This document shows positions 42,534 to 53,910 of a DNA stretch of 64,000 nt, in pieces; the first letter of the stretch is position 1; each line of letters starts with the position of its first letter. Below the pieces are notes generated by a model. That model was not told the DNA's origin. It did no database searches and saw nothing but the letters and a program-made list of their open reading frames with translations. The stretch spans positions 434,001 to 498,000 of the forward strand of contig OW569363.1 in the NCBI GenBank assembly GCA_937625935.1, in the 5' to 3' direction. The DNA comes from Tetramitus jugosus. Its lineage: Eukaryota > Protista > Heterolobosea. The translations under genes were made by a program, and so were the position numbers.

Positions 42534-44822
42534 ATGATACGAAGAAAACAATCAGTCAATGACAAAGATCAGGAGTGTTACGTGCACGACGGAGATGACG
42601 TGCGGTTGGACATTGTGGAACTACAGGATATGAACGTTGAAGACAACACAAACCAACCGATCGATCATAATTCTCCTTCGCCGACGACAACCGGAGAAAA
42701 TTCTCAGCAACCACTACGGGAAATCGTTCCCGAACAAGAGTTCCCGAATTTGGTTCGACCATCCAACCGTCACGATGATCAAAAGCTTAGCAATGCAGCT
42801 ACGACATTCAACAGTCGAAGAAAAAAGAGAGCTACACTGAGCGATATCGTGCACGAAATTTCCATCACACCCATTATTGAAGATGAGGCGCGTGAAATTA
42901 CACCAACTCCGCCATCCGCCACAGTTGACCAACCCTCTCGATTCTCCCTCCAGTCATCGTCATCTTCATCCTCTTCCCCTTCACCTCTACCACCATCACA
43001 TCAACAACAAAAAAGACAGCAAAAACAACAAGATGGACAATTATCATCATCAGAGCTATGGTCATTGATTCAAAAAGCTTTTGTTGATTCCTTCTCTCGT
43101 TCATCATCCAATAACAATGAACGTATCAAGAACAACTCTGCTTCTACAAAAACAACCGTGTTTGACAAGGAAGAAACCATGGAACAAAGAACTGCTCCCA
43201 AGTGGATTCTCCTACTCAAGTCTATTTGGAATCGATTGGAAACTTCGAGAGATGTCATTCATTTGACATTGAGCGAGCCCAAGAGCTCTAAAACAGCTCA
43301 ATTCATCTCCATTTTCATGCTCTCTCTCATTATCATGTCATCCATCTCGTTTTGTGTCTCCACATTGCCTCAATTCTATGGTGAAGATGAAAAATTGTGG
43401 TTCTACTTGGAAACCATGTACATTTTTGTTTTTTCATTGGAGTTTTTGCTGAGGTTGATCACAACGAGGAATCCATTGCTGTTCTGTACTCGGATTTTAA
43501 ACATTTTGGATTTTGTGTCTCTGTTGCCCTATTTCTTGGAATTGATATTGAATCGATATGCTCCCTCACTTGGTCTTAATAACTCGTCTGGTCTTCGTCC
43601 TGATGACAGATCGAATAACGTGGATCTTCGTTTGTTGAGAATGGCTCGTCTCGTGCGTATTGTTCGCATTTTTAAAATCTCTCGACATGCAAAGCCCATT
43701 AGAGTCATGTTTCTAGCTCTAAAGGACAGTACGGATGTTCTCTATTTGGCTCTTGTGTTTATCTCTGTGACACTCATGGTATTTTCGTCGATCATGTACT
43801 ATTTGGAGAGAGGTCGATGGGATAGTGTTCATCGATTGTGGTATCGCTGTACATTGGACGATCCTGTCACTGGAGTCTGCATGACAGAGGAAGTTAGTCC
43901 CTATCAGAGTGTGTTTCATTCGTTCTGGTGGGGAATTACGACACTGACAACTGTAGGTTACGGTGATTCATATCCAGTGACTTCAAGTGGGAGAGTGGTG
44001 GCAGGTGTTACCATGTTGTTTGGTGTGTTAGTAATTGCACTTCCTTCTTCTATGCTCGGATCAAAATTCGAAATGAAATATCAAATGTTTCGCGAGAATG
44101 AACAAAAGAAGAAGATGATACAAAAAGAACAGAAGAAGCAGAGAAAGTTGGAGAAGAAGAGATCAAAGGAATTGACAGCCGCAGCTGCTTCGACTTCTTC
44201 AACTGATATTGAATCACCTTCGAACAGATCCCATGTGTTTCTTAGCAAGCTCAAGAAATCTGTGGCCAGTGGTCAGCTTCAGAAACAAATGCAACAACAA
44301 CAGCAGCTGCAAACCTATGTTCCCCCTCCAATTCTGAAACAGGCTGTGCAAAGCAATCGGAATGACTTCAATGACAGCTTTGCACCTGACCAGATGAACA
44401 CAAATAATGAAACTGAGGTGACACCTACGATCAAATATGATCCATCTATATCCCCTGTACTATCACCTCTCACCGCTTCTTTGATCAGCGACAATCGTTC
44501 ATCAGAAGAATTCAATCGGTCTAAACCTGGTCCACTGGCTGTGAAGCCTTCCAGCCATGGAAAAACCATTCAGTGGCAACAACAAGTTATATGTCGATTA
44601 TTGATCGTAGATTGTGAAACAGGCCAAGAACAAGTCAAAAAAATTACTGTCTCACCTGCCGACCAAGTCCTGGAACAATACGTCAAAAGTCAGCTCCAGG
44701 AGTGTGGGAATTCAACCTACCAACGCCTAACATCGGCCGGCTACGAGCTCTCTGATGTCAACCTAACCATCGGAGAGTACTCCGACGCAAAGAACCAGCT
44801 CTTTCTAGAAATCTACAAGTAA
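42534..44822 (+). CDS. Voltage-gated potassium channel (6 TM)
   Basis: S4 LRLLRMARLVRIVRIFKISRH; pore WWGITTLTTVGYGD; S6 GVLVIALP. Confidence 0.93.
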   Translation: MIRRKQSVNDKDQECYVHDGDDVRLDIVELQDMNVEDNTNQPIDHNSPSPTTTGENSQQPLREIVPEQEFPNLVRPSNRHDDQKLSNAATTFNSRRKKRATLSDIVHEISITPIIEDEAREITPTPPSATVDQPSRFSLQSSSSSSSSPSPLPPSHQQQKRQQKQQDGQLSSSELWSLIQKAFVDSFSRSSSNNNERIKNNSASTKTTVFDKEETMEQRTAPKWILLLKSIWNRLETSRDVIHLTLSEPKSSKTAQFISIFMLSLIIMSSISFCVSTLPQFYGEDEKLWFYLETMYIFVFSLEFLLRLITTRNPLLFCTRILNILDFVSLLPYFLELILNRYAPSLGLNNSSGLRPDDRSNNVDLRLLRMARLVRIVRIFKISRHAKPIRVMFLALKDSTDVLYLALVFISVTLMVFSSIMYYLERGRWDSVHRLWYRCTLDDPVTGVCMTEEVSPYQSVFHSFWWGITTLTTVGYGDSYPVTSSGRVVAGVTMLFGVLVIALPSSMLGSKFEMKYQMFRENEQKKKMIQKEQKKQRKLEKKRSKELTAAAASTSSTDIESPSNRSHVFLSKLKKSVASGQLQKQMQQQQQLQTYVPPPILKQAVQSNRNDFNDSFAPDQMNTNNETEVTPTIKYDPSISPVLSPLTASLISDNRSSEEFNRSKPGPLAVKPSSHGKTIQWQQQVICRLLIVDCETGQEQVKKITVSPADQVLEQYVKSQLQECGNSTYQRLTSAGYELSDVNLTIGEYSDAKNQLFLEIYK

Positions 44823-45034
44823 TTCCGATTCTTTCAACGACCCACTTTCCCATATAAAAAAATTGTAAACTAGTGTCAGATGTCAGATGTGGAGTAAATT
44901 TTACCACTCCCAAACTAACTAAAAAGTTCCTTCTGCTGGCCTGTTTGATTCAATTCGACACACTCCCGAACGAAAAAAGACAAGAGAGATAAACGCACAT
45001 TCAACAGCAACAAACAAACAAACAAACAAAAACA

Positions 45035-46566
45035 ATGGGTCAATGTTTTTCAGGAGGAACAGGAGGTCCTAACGACGAAAAAGAAAAGAATCGACGTGCA
45101 GACAATGATATCAAGAGACGAAAGGAGGAACTTTCAAAGGAATTAAAGTTGCTTTTGCTGGGTTCTGGAGAATCAGGAAAGAGCACCATTTTCAAGGTAC
45201 GTACGCCCTAGCTGGCCATTTATTCATCTTTTGGCCTACAGGGGACAACACACCATTTTTTTGGTTGTTGCACCCCCCTGCCTAGGTGATTTTTTTTTGA
45301 GCTCCTGTCCTGACACCCATTTCTGCTCTCTCTGTCTCATGGACCAACAACAACAACAACAACAATGAAAATGAACGATAAATAACAAACGGCAACAACA
45401 AAAATAATCATTATCATCATCATTGTACTTGTAACAACAACAACAACAACAATCATAATCGATTGTTATCTATTTTTTTCATATATATGTTTAGCAAGTC
45501 AAAATTTTGTACAATGAGGGATACACAAACGAAGATGTCCTATTGTACAAGGCAAGCATCTACGCAAACATTATTACGACAATCAAGGCTTTGGCACAAT
45601 CGTGCATCAATGATGGAATAAAGTTCCAAGATCCTGCAAACGAAGAGAGAGCAAGAGCGCTCATTGAGTCCACTGACAATGAGAATTCTCTCTTGTTGAA
45701 CGCTGATAAAAAGTATGATGAAAAGATGAGTTTGGACACGGAGGCACTCTGGGCAGATGAGAGTGTGAAGAAACAGTTTGAGAAGAGATATGAGTTCCAT
45801 GTGTTTGATGGAGCACCATACTTTTTCCAGAATTTGCAAAGATTGAAGCCGCCACACTATGTGCCAACCAATGAAGATATTTTGTACTGTCGAAGAAAGA
45901 CGACTGGTATCGTGGAAGTCAAGTTTGAACACGAAGGTTATGTGTATAAGCTCTGTGACGTCGGAGGGTATGTGTCTTTATTGTTTTTTGAGCTTTTCTT
46001 GCTATTTTTCTGTAAACGACGCGCCCCATTTTTTGGCGCTCTTTTTTCATCGTCTCTGCTTTGATTACAACACTGAAAGCTAACACACTGAGAATTGTCG
46101 TAACTACCACAGACAAAGAAACGAAAGAAGAAAATGGGTCAATTGCTTCGAAGGAGTCAGTGCTGTCCTCTTTGTCTCCTCTCTCAGTGACTATGATCAA
46201 AAGTGTTATGAAGATGACGTGACAAACCGTATGAGTGAATCACTAGAGCTTTTTGAGCAAACCATCAATGGACAAATCTTTAGAGACACATTGATTATCC
46301 TCTTCTTGAACAAGACTGACGTCTTCAAACAAAAGATTGCCACAAAAGACCTCGAAGTGTGCTTCCCAGAGTACGACGGAGGTTGTGACTTTGATAACGC
46401 TTGTCGTTTCATTGAACAAAAGTTTTTGGATTTGAACAAGTTTGATCCAGATCGCTTAGTGACACATTTCACATGTGCCACGCAAGTGGATAGTGTGAGG
46501 AGTGTGATGGATGATGTGAAACGTGTGGTTTCAAATCACAATGCCAACAGGAATCAAGCTCTATAA
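45035..46566 (+). CDS. Heterotrimeric G-protein alpha subunit (3 exons)
   Basis: MGQC lipidation motif, GSGESGKST, RKTTG, DVGGQRNERRKW, NKTD, TCAT. Introns 45197-45494 and 45968-46112. Confidence 0.95.
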
Positions 46567-46660
46567 TAGAATTTTTGTTGTCAAACATTTCGCGCCACAG
46601 TGAAGTAATCTGCATGATTACGCACCTCTCACTGTGTTTTAGTGTTGTTTGTTGCAGCAG

Positions 46661-46772
46661 CAACATGAAAATGACACGTGTGATGGCTGTGCATGATCTA
46701 GGTCATTCACCAATACCCAAAGGCATATCATGCACAGCCATGGCATATCCACACATGCCACGACACATATTG
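46661..46772. repeat. Long interrupted inverted repeat (candidate structured RNA)
   Basis: Perfect 15-bp core (46683-46697 / 46727-46741) plus 11-bp and 7-bp outer stems. Confidence 0.75.
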
Positions 46773-47086
46773 ACCAATATGCTTTTATACTTACGAAACC
46801 TAACCTATTTTCCCCCAACGACTCCCATTCTTCCACTCATCAGATAAACTAACATGCTCCACTGGGTGCTGTTTGGAGCTTTTTTGCTTACAATAAACAC
46901 TCGTGTGTTCCATTAACTCAAAAGTTTAGTCCCATTAGAAATACATTGCTTCTCCTTCACTCTTGCCTCAGATTTGGAAAGGAATTTCTAGCTGGCATCT
47001 GAGCCAGATTACCAGAAATTGGCGTTCCGTAGACGTCAACGACAGAGACTTCAAAAACCCCGATGACATAAAAAAACGAACACAGA

Positions 47087-49062
47087 ATGAATCAAGAAAA
47101 GCTCATCACGTTTGATCACTTGGGTGATGCACTGTATCACACCATTCTGTACGTGTTCAACGAATTGGACCCAAACGTTCAAGAATTAGGTCTCTTGTTG
47201 TTGCCTGAACCCACATGGCTCTCCGATAATCAAGATCAAGAACATCATGATACTCGAGATGATGTTGATGTTGATGATAATGATCAGCAATCATCTTCAT
47301 CACATCGACGACAATATCATGTAAATCAACTGGTTCAAACAACAATTGCACCTGCTTTGCAACTTGAGCGTAGTGCATTCCCTGTGGCGCCAATTGTCAT
47401 ACAGGATCATAAGCTAGGATTGGCCTATTGGTGTCTGTCTGCTCTGTTCAAATCTGCTCATTCCAAATTTGTTTCCCTGTTGGACAAGTACCCAGAAAAA
47501 AAGAGTAGTAGTGGTAGTAGTGGTGGTGATTGTGATTCCATGTGCCATGAAGATCAAGAGCTCTTTTTGGAGTGCACGCGTTGCATGTTGCTCATTAATG
47601 CAGATTGCTATACGGCATGGCATCGAAGAAAGAAGATTTTGATGAGTCGGATGAAAAGTGATGTGAGTGGTAGTGATGATGAGCTTTCTGAGGATAATCG
47701 TGTGAGATTCAACGCAATGCTATCACAGGAGCTTCAATTTTTGAATTTATTGGGCACAAAGCATCCAAAGAGTGGTGAGTCATGGCATCACAGATGGTGG
47801 ATCATCAAGCAGAGAATCGCAATGGAAGTGGCTGCAAGAGTGAATAATAACTTTGAAAAAGACAGTTCCTTGTTTCAATTGTTGGACAATGAAATGAAGG
47901 TTGCGGAGCGCATGGCTGTTTTGTACCCGAGAAACTATTATTCTTGGACTCATCGACAATTGATACTCAAGGAACTGGTAAGGCTTGATTCATCGCTGCT
48001 GTTGCCCATGATAGAATCGGAATGGAAGAGATTAGAAGCATGGACCAGGAGAAACATTAGTGATCACTCTGGATTTCATCATGTCATACTGTTGTTGCAA
48101 TTGTCGTACAGTGACATGATACGATTGAAAGAGGAGCAAACAGAGGACATGTTCTTGGGTCGATATGTTGCCATGATTCGTCTCGTTGTGCAACAGTTGC
48201 ACTATTGTCAATTTATGATTACGTTCTATCCTGGGCATGAGAGCTTGTGGATCCACAGGCGATTACTGTGGAAGTTTTGGATTCAATTGTTGAACACGGA
48301 GCGAGTCAGAAGTATGGATGAGTCCAATACTGGTTTATTGTGTTCATTCTACGGCAAGAATCTGTGCGAGAACAATCACCGTCATGATGACAAATCAAGC
48401 CAATCGATATCGTTCCTTCAATTCATTGAGTATATTACCGATCAATGTGCGCGTGAATATGAACGATCTGGTCAATCCGTTGACGATGGTATGTACATAT
48501 TCGCTATTATTCAAAAGTGAGAGTAGGAAGCAGAAACTAACCCACACATCAATGATTCTCCAATTTAACGTTGTCCACACTAGATTCTTCCAACACCACT
48601 GTGCAACAATCTGACCACTTGTATGCCATACCAACTCTTCGAAATGAACTCTTCTTCGCAGAGATGCGTATTGCGGACACTGAGGTCACAGATTTCGTGA
48701 AACAAAGGAAATTGGCACTGTCGTATCAGGTGTTTGTTCTGGACACAGCCTCTGCTTTTATTCCAGCTTTTGCCATTTTTACGAACGAGAATCTGATAAG
48801 TCCACTTGAATCTGTGCTCGCGTTGGATGTTTTACCACCGTTGAGTGACCCACAGTCCGCTGTGTCTTCATCACTGTCCGACATGAAGCTGGTGCTACTT
48901 CAAGAGTACTGCTCAAAGGAAAAGCAGGTTCTACAAGAGTTGGAGCGAGTGGAGGTATCTGGTGTACATCGCAACTTGTGGCGAGCACTTTTCAACGCTT
49001 TCACAGTCCGGAGCGATGCCACGCTTCTTCGCGAAGAAAAACATGAATCTAATGAGATTTGA
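47087..49062 (+). CDS. Protein prenyltransferase alpha-subunit repeat protein (PTAR1-like, 2 exons)
   Basis: PPTA repeats (YTAWHRRK, HPKSGESWHHRWW, RNYYSWTHR, SDHSGFHH, PGHESLWIHR). Intron 48489-48583. Confidence 0.8.
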
Positions 49063-49572
49063 TCAGGTTCCAACCAAGGAAGATGGCGCTGGGACACTAA
49101 GTTTAGACTGCGGCGACTTCTATGAACAGCAGCTTCCCATACATGGACGACCTCTTGCCATATTGGTTCTGCTCAGCCGAAATCAGTTGATCTATTCTTC
49201 GATCTATTATTTCAGCGAATTGCTGCTAACTTCCGAATGTGAAGTTGGTCGATGCGTTGGGAACCTTGGCCCATCACACGAAAAATAACTGGTCAGATTT
49301 CGTTTGTCGTTTGAGCAACAAGAATTATCATCGAATACATTAGACATACGTGAACCGTGAACAATACGTTTTCACGATCATCTCAACAATTGTCTAGTCA
49401 AACAACACTCATTCACAACTCCTTTACCGGGCAACTCACTTTCCGAGCAGTAGTTGTCAACAATAAAACCGCAACAACATACGAAAACAAGTTACAACGT
49501 CGCGTTCACACAACACCATAGTAACACCAATTTTTTTCCAACAGTTCCATATATTTTGTTGTTGTGAGAAAT

Positions 49573-52500
49573 ATGGACTACCCTTCGCCACAGCGAGGTC
49601 AATCACAACAGTCCACGAACTCTTCTCCACACAGAGAAATTTCCGAGGATGAAAATAGTACCGTAACTAATCCCTCACCGACTGAAGAAGGAGAAAGAGA
49701 AACCGGAGAAACACCATCCACTCAACCTTCAAATTATCATTCGGTTGACCAATCATTAGATCACTCTATTGAGTTGCCACAGCAACTACAAGAAATAAAT
49801 CTACTGGCAATACAAAGTGATAGGTCGTCAGAGACAGTCAACGAACCACAAGAAATCATAGGGCAAGAACAACGAGACGAAGCGACTCAAGATAATGAAG
49901 AACCTCGAGCACAGGAACTGAGTGAGCTACTATCAACGACATGTTATGTGAACTTGAATCATGACACGAGAATAATATCATCGAGTCTAGAAGAAGCAGA
50001 AAGCGATAGGAACAACAACAACGACCACAATACTAACGACGACATCACCAACAATAACAATAGTAATACTTCTAACGAAGAGAATAAAACGAACATGGAC
50101 AACACATCGGAAAGAAGAGATACTTCTATCCCAAGTTTAGGAGAGTACGCAAACTGTTCAAAACAGACCATCCGTCAAATCCTTTTGGACAATTATCGGA
50201 ACCAATCATCAACAACAGCCAACAATATCGCCCAAGAACCTCCCTCACTACTATCACAACCTATACCACAATCGCCTCCTCAACCTCCTGTTGAAGCTCT
50301 AGTCCTTGATACGCCATCGACAAGCAATGGTAACCATGATAACCAAAGCGCAGCTTCCACAATCGCAACGACAACTGCAGCTACGGCTTTAGCTATAAAC
50401 GGCAACACAAACACTAGTATATCTTCTGGTCCAGTTTCAACCCATGAAACGGTTGAATCTCGGAACAGCGACCTCGTGCAAGAGAAAAAACGGAGGAGAC
50501 TACGGTGGAAGCGGAAAAATAAAAAGGTTGATCAGGAAGCGAGCTCTGTTTCGAGCACACTTGGTGTTTCGTCGACCATTGTGACCTACTCGGGAAATAG
50601 TCAAGAAGATTGGTCAAATGAAGACGAATATTCATCGTGTTGTTGCATAAGGCCACAATATCGAAGCAGCAACTTGTTCAAGGCCGGAGGAACATTGAAA
50701 CCCAATGGAAAAACCTCAAAAACAAGGAAATGTCTACTGTTTACACGAAAATTCTGGAGTATTCGTTCCGTTGTGCTCTTTGTGATTGCTGCCTCCATCT
50801 TAATTCTAGGAATCGTTGTTTGGTTGCTTCATTTTGTTCTGTCCAAGAGTGGCGAGAGAGATGTTCTGGATCAGACTCAGAGAACTCAATCAGGCAGAGT
50901 CATGGACAGTGTTGTGGCTTACTTAGCCGTCGGACCAGTTATTCTCCAAACGGTTCAAAAACTGTTTCAGCTGGGCGAAGAATTCGTGCCGGAGATTTCA
51001 AAGGGCACGATAAGAACTGCGATTCTGGTCAACCAAATACGGTATGCTCCGCCAAATTCAATTTCTATCGGATATGAGACTGGTGAGTTAGAAGGTGTTC
51101 AACAGTTGAATTCTAATCGGTTCCAGAGAGGATATCAACCTGCAGCCAACTCTACACTCTCCATCGATTTTATTGATCCTGAGACTTTGGACATTGTGGA
51201 GCATGTTGCCAGCTTAACGGGATATGATCCTCGGTTGCAGCCATGGTACATCAATCCAATTATTGATCCAAGTGAAATCAATGGAACCACTCGAGGTCAA
51301 GAACAATTTGTTTGGTCTGATCCTCTTGTAATCCGGGGAGTGCCAACTACGGTGAGCATATCTGTCGGTATGACCTACAGGGACTTTGCAACAGATAGAT
51401 TGAAAGGAGTACTGACCGTAGGATACGATCTACCCAGTATCAGCACATTTCTCATGAGTATACCCGTTCGAAACAATACGCTGGTGTTTATTGTGAACAG
51501 GAAGGGTGAGCTAATCGGAACTAGTAGACCCCCGATAGCACGGATGATACCACTGCCCTTGGCAATCGATCATCCGGATAGAGATCTTAGGGACGCTTAC
51601 ATTCAAGTGGTAGATCATTATGGAACCAACATTGTGAACTATCCATTGAATGCTACATTTCTATACGATGACCAACACGGAGATGAGCGCGCAGTTGCCA
51701 TTCAGAATCTGAGACCTATTCTGGGTATAGATTGGGTCATTGTCACATCTGTCTTATCCAAAGATGTCGCTTCAGCGGTGATGAGGGCCAATACTCTGTC
51801 TATTATTGTGAGTTTGATTCTGATTTTTGCAGTAGAGGTGATTGCATTGGCCATTGGTTGGTTAATAACCAAACCATTACAATCAATTGCCGAGAGCACA
51901 ACTCGTGTGGCCAACATGAATTTTAGTGATTCTAAGAAACATCGAGTCATGACTCTCAAGTTTTACGAGTTTGAAGTCATTGTAAGGGCCATGGATCAGA
52001 TGAAAAAAGCTCTCCGTAACTTTGAAAAATATGTCCCGACAAAGGTTGTCAAATCTCTCATGGACAGCAATAAGGGAATCAGGATAGGAGTTGAACCCAT
52101 GTACATCACCATCATGTTTCTGGATATCGCTGACTTTACATCGATTACCGAGAGGACTGATCCTTCCATTCTCGTCAAGGTTCTCGAAGAATTCTTTACT
52201 TCCATGTCAGAAGTCATCAGTGCCAATCAAGGCATCATCGATAAGTATATTGGAGATTGTATCATGACTCTGTTCAATGCTCCCAATCCTGTGGAGAACC
52301 ATGAAGAAATGGCTGTCAAGTCAGCCCTTGAAATGCAGAGAAGAACTCAACAACTCAATGAGAAATGGGCACAACAACCCGGATATCCACAATTTATGAT
52401 ACGTATTGGTATCAACACTGCTGAATGCCTGGTGGGAAATGTCGGTAGTGCTAATCGTGTGAATTACACAGCCTTAGGGGATGGTGTTCACATTGCATCT

Positions 52501-52848
52501 AATCTTGAAGGACTTAACAAGAAATTCAAGACTAGGATCATCCTTGGAGAGAAGACCTATGATGCCGTATCAGACAAGTATGCTTGTCTATGGTTAGCCC
52601 ACGTTGCTTACAAAGAAACGACGATGCACACTTACACGGTGTTTGATGAATTAGATTGCATTTCAGAAGAATGCAGAACACTTTGCCAGCTGCACAACCA
52701 GACCAAGGAAGCTTTCGACGAAAAGAACACGGAACGAATGAAACAATTGTGCAACGAGATTCTGCAGATAGAACCAAGTGATACATCAGCGTCTGACCTC
52801 TTGAAACGACTTGAAGGTTCAGACTCCAACTTGGATATCCAACTGTGA
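49573..52848 (+). CDS. Membrane class III nucleotide cyclase (Cache-like sensor, HAMP and cyclase domains)
   Basis: YDPRLQPWY (Cache-like), two TM helices, ITKPL HAMP, FLDIADFT, DKYIGDCIM, RIGIN, NYTALGD. Confidence 0.87.
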   Translation: MDYPSPQRGQSQQSTNSSPHREISEDENSTVTNPSPTEEGERETGETPSTQPSNYHSVDQSLDHSIELPQQLQEINLLAIQSDRSSETVNEPQEIIGQEQRDEATQDNEEPRAQELSELLSTTCYVNLNHDTRIISSSLEEAESDRNNNNDHNTNDDITNNNNSNTSNEENKTNMDNTSERRDTSIPSLGEYANCSKQTIRQILLDNYRNQSSTTANNIAQEPPSLLSQPIPQSPPQPPVEALVLDTPSTSNGNHDNQSAASTIATTTAATALAINGNTNTSISSGPVSTHETVESRNSDLVQEKKRRRLRWKRKNKKVDQEASSVSSTLGVSSTIVTYSGNSQEDWSNEDEYSSCCCIRPQYRSSNLFKAGGTLKPNGKTSKTRKCLLFTRKFWSIRSVVLFVIAASILILGIVVWLLHFVLSKSGERDVLDQTQRTQSGRVMDSVVAYLAVGPVILQTVQKLFQLGEEFVPEISKGTIRTAILVNQIRYAPPNSISIGYETGELEGVQQLNSNRFQRGYQPAANSTLSIDFIDPETLDIVEHVASLTGYDPRLQPWYINPIIDPSEINGTTRGQEQFVWSDPLVIRGVPTTVSISVGMTYRDFATDRLKGVLTVGYDLPSISTFLMSIPVRNNTLVFIVNRKGELIGTSRPPIARMIPLPLAIDHPDRDLRDAYIQVVDHYGTNIVNYPLNATFLYDDQHGDERAVAIQNLRPILGIDWVIVTSVLSKDVASAVMRANTLSIIVSLILIFAVEVIALAIGWLITKPLQSIAESTTRVANMNFSDSKKHRVMTLKFYEFEVIVRAMDQMKKALRNFEKYVPTKVVKSLMDSNKGIRIGVEPMYITIMFLDIADFTSITERTDPSILVKVLEEFFTSMSEVISANQGIIDKYIGDCIMTLFNAPNPVENHEEMAVKSALEMQRRTQQLNEKWAQQPGYPQFMIRIGINTAECLVGNVGSANRVNYTALGDGVHIASNLEGLNKKFKTRIILGEKTYDAVSDKYACLWLAHVAYKETTMHTYTVFDELDCISEECRTLCQLHNQTKEAFDEKNTERMKQLCNEILQIEPSDTSASDLLKRLEGSDSNLDIQL

Positions 52849-53060
52849 ACGGGTGAATAACTCCTTCATTCAATTCTCCGCTGAATACAATCAGAAATAG
52901 TCAACCAAGTTTTAAGGTTATAAAAATAACAAAAACACGAATTTTTTCAATCTGGACTCCTCAGCTTCATGTTTCCCTAAAACCACAACAATCATTGCCA
53001 TTTCGTCCAAGACCAACCCAAACTAACTTTCTAACCTGTAACAAAATCTTTCTGCAAACA

Positions 53061-53777
53061 ATGGTAGAGATACGACGAGACTCACTAACAGGAAACTTTC
53101 TGGACAAAACCATTCTGGACACAGTAGTGATGGGATTAGGGAGCGAAGAAGCGAAGAAGCAAGCATGCAATCGTCTACTCATTGCTCAAGACGAAGAAGT
53201 GAACGAAGATAGTATCTTGATGTCTTCTCCCAAGCAAACAACTGGCTCTCCTCTCAGTAGCACAACACTATCGCCCAAGTCGAGTGCATCAACAATTGAA
53301 AATTTGCCCCATGCCACAAGCGGCACCACGACCTCCAAACCTCACACAATCATGGAAGAAAATAAGACTTATGAACCTTTAACAAGAAGAAGAAGTTCCA
53401 TCAAGTTTGACTTTGACACCGTGGACTATGACAATCCAGTGATGCCTCGAAAGAAAGAAGAAGTAGAACCATTGGCGATACCGGATGAAGAAGAGTCGGA
53501 CAATCTTTCATTCGATGATCAATCGAATAGCCGGGCACAGTACATGTCAGAGTACGCGTCTGATGAGAAAGATTTGTCTCATTTGGATGAAGATCATCAC
53601 TTGCGATCACTTGTCGATGGAACCTCATTGTATTCCAGTTTGACCCTCTCTGAAGAAGAAGGAGGATCAAAACCTAAAGAAACCACAAGTTTCTCATCCG
53701 CTTCTCCCTCGTCATCACTGAGAGTGAAAACAGATTCGGGATCCACACGACCAAAGGCACAACCACTCTCAAAATGA
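53061..53777 (+). CDS. Hypothetical Ser-rich disordered protein
   Basis: Open frame of about 238 codons from ATG 53061. No family recognised. Confidence 0.5.
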   Translation: MVEIRRDSLTGNFLDKTILDTVVMGLGSEEAKKQACNRLLIAQDEEVNEDSILMSSPKQTTGSPLSSTTLSPKSSASTIENLPHATSGTTTSKPHTIMEENKTYEPLTRRRSSIKFDFDTVDYDNPVMPRKKEEVEPLAIPDEEESDNLSFDDQSNSRAQYMSEYASDEKDLSHLDEDHHLRSLVDGTSLYSSLTLSEEEGGSKPKETTSFSSASPSSSLRVKTDSGSTRPKAQPLSK

Positions 53778-53910
53778 GAAATGTAAACTATTGTAAATTC
53801 TTCAACCACTCACAAAAATTACAATCCGATCGAGCAATCAACTACCAGAATTTGCTCGAAGTCCTATTCCTTGGGATTCCAAACAAAATTTGAATTCCAA
53901 TTCGTCATCC

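Noticed and set aside
45340-45460. CAA/CAT trinucleotide runs (also near 10730, 59220, 60480 and 62450)
   Set aside because: Ordinary low-complexity microsatellites in introns and poly-N/Q/H tracts; no spacers, so not CRISPR-like.
49063-49290. Weak long-range complementarity in the intergenic region after the PTAR1-like gene
   Set aside because: Matches are short and imperfect, at the level expected by chance.
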